Below the pieces are notes generated by a model. The model saw only the letters and a list, made by a program, of their open reading frames with translations, did no database searches and was not told the origin of the DNA. A stretch of DNA of 64,000 nucleotides from Amphiscolops sp. MND2022. Its lineage: Eukaryota. The DNA is taken from assembly GCA_964187785.1 (NCBI GenBank), contig OZ076409.1, positions 73,534,001 to 73,598,000 of the forward strand, read 5' to 3'. Each line of letters opens with the position of its first letter. Position 1 is the stretch's first letter. Below are positions 63,640 through 64,000 of this stretch, piece by piece. Both the position numbers and the translations under genes were made by a program.

Positions 63640-64000
63640 GTGGTCGGGTATTTTTTTTTACTCGTAGATGGCGTTTGCGAGGCTTTGGGGAGGGCCCCGT
63701 GCCGAGCCTGTACCGAAATTTACCACATACCAGAAGTGTCCGATTTAATCGAGATCTCAAAAACTAACCGTTAGAATTCTCTGATTTTTTGCATGTGGCC
63801 CCTAATCAATGAGTAATGAAAAAGTGTAGTAGTGACGGTTGCTGAAAAACTTGTCTTTGTTGCACTTTTTGCGCAATTTTTGTCGCATTGTTGCGTTTTT
63901 TATGTCATTTTCGACTTTTCAAGCAAAAAACTCATAGATACTTTGTTCCTAGCGTATCAAGTGTGGAGCACGAAAAGTTGCAGCATCTTCCATTACGTAT

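Larger units (their letters stand above)
42430..64000 (+). repeat. Right arm of the cassette array (12 complete units + 1 partial; 1271-1273, 1388-1392 and 2191-2399 bp)
   Basis: CTAG of CTAGGTG starts at 42426, 43818, 45207, 46478, 47866, 49255, 51630, 52903, 54294, 56670, 59046, 61445 and 63636, each preceded by the core hairpin. Confidence 0.93.

Noticed and set aside
1..64000. Simple homogeneous satellite DNA
   Set aside because: Adjacent units often belong to different families and are joined precisely at one motif; a structural satellite-like role is still possible.

Overview
Eukaryotic, AT-rich window with no host genes that I can support; the organism cannot be named from the sequence. 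The whole 64 kb is one head-to-tail array on the + strand. I count 37 junctions, each made of a ~51-nt conserved core (TCAACGCCCACCGTCCGTGGGCATGCCGAGGCATGCCCTTCGACGACGTAT, containing a 9-bp hairpin), a 26-39-nt variable tail and an invariant CTAGGTG. They delimit 36 complete units. Thirty-five are non-coding cassettes in size classes of ~1.26-1.31 kb, ~1.39-1.40 kb and ~2.2-2.4 kb; they belong to several sequence families and are mosaics of exchangeable modules. One 12-kb unit (30385-42429) sits in register with the same ends and encodes an intact ~2330-aa Helitron-type protein: Cys-rich N-terminus, HUH Rep, Pif1-like helicase and a C-terminal SLX1-like GIY-YIG nuclease. The simplest reading is an autonomous rolling-circle element inside a self-targeted array of non-autonomous partners, integron-like in layout; that mechanism is inference. 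All alignments and counts were done by eye.
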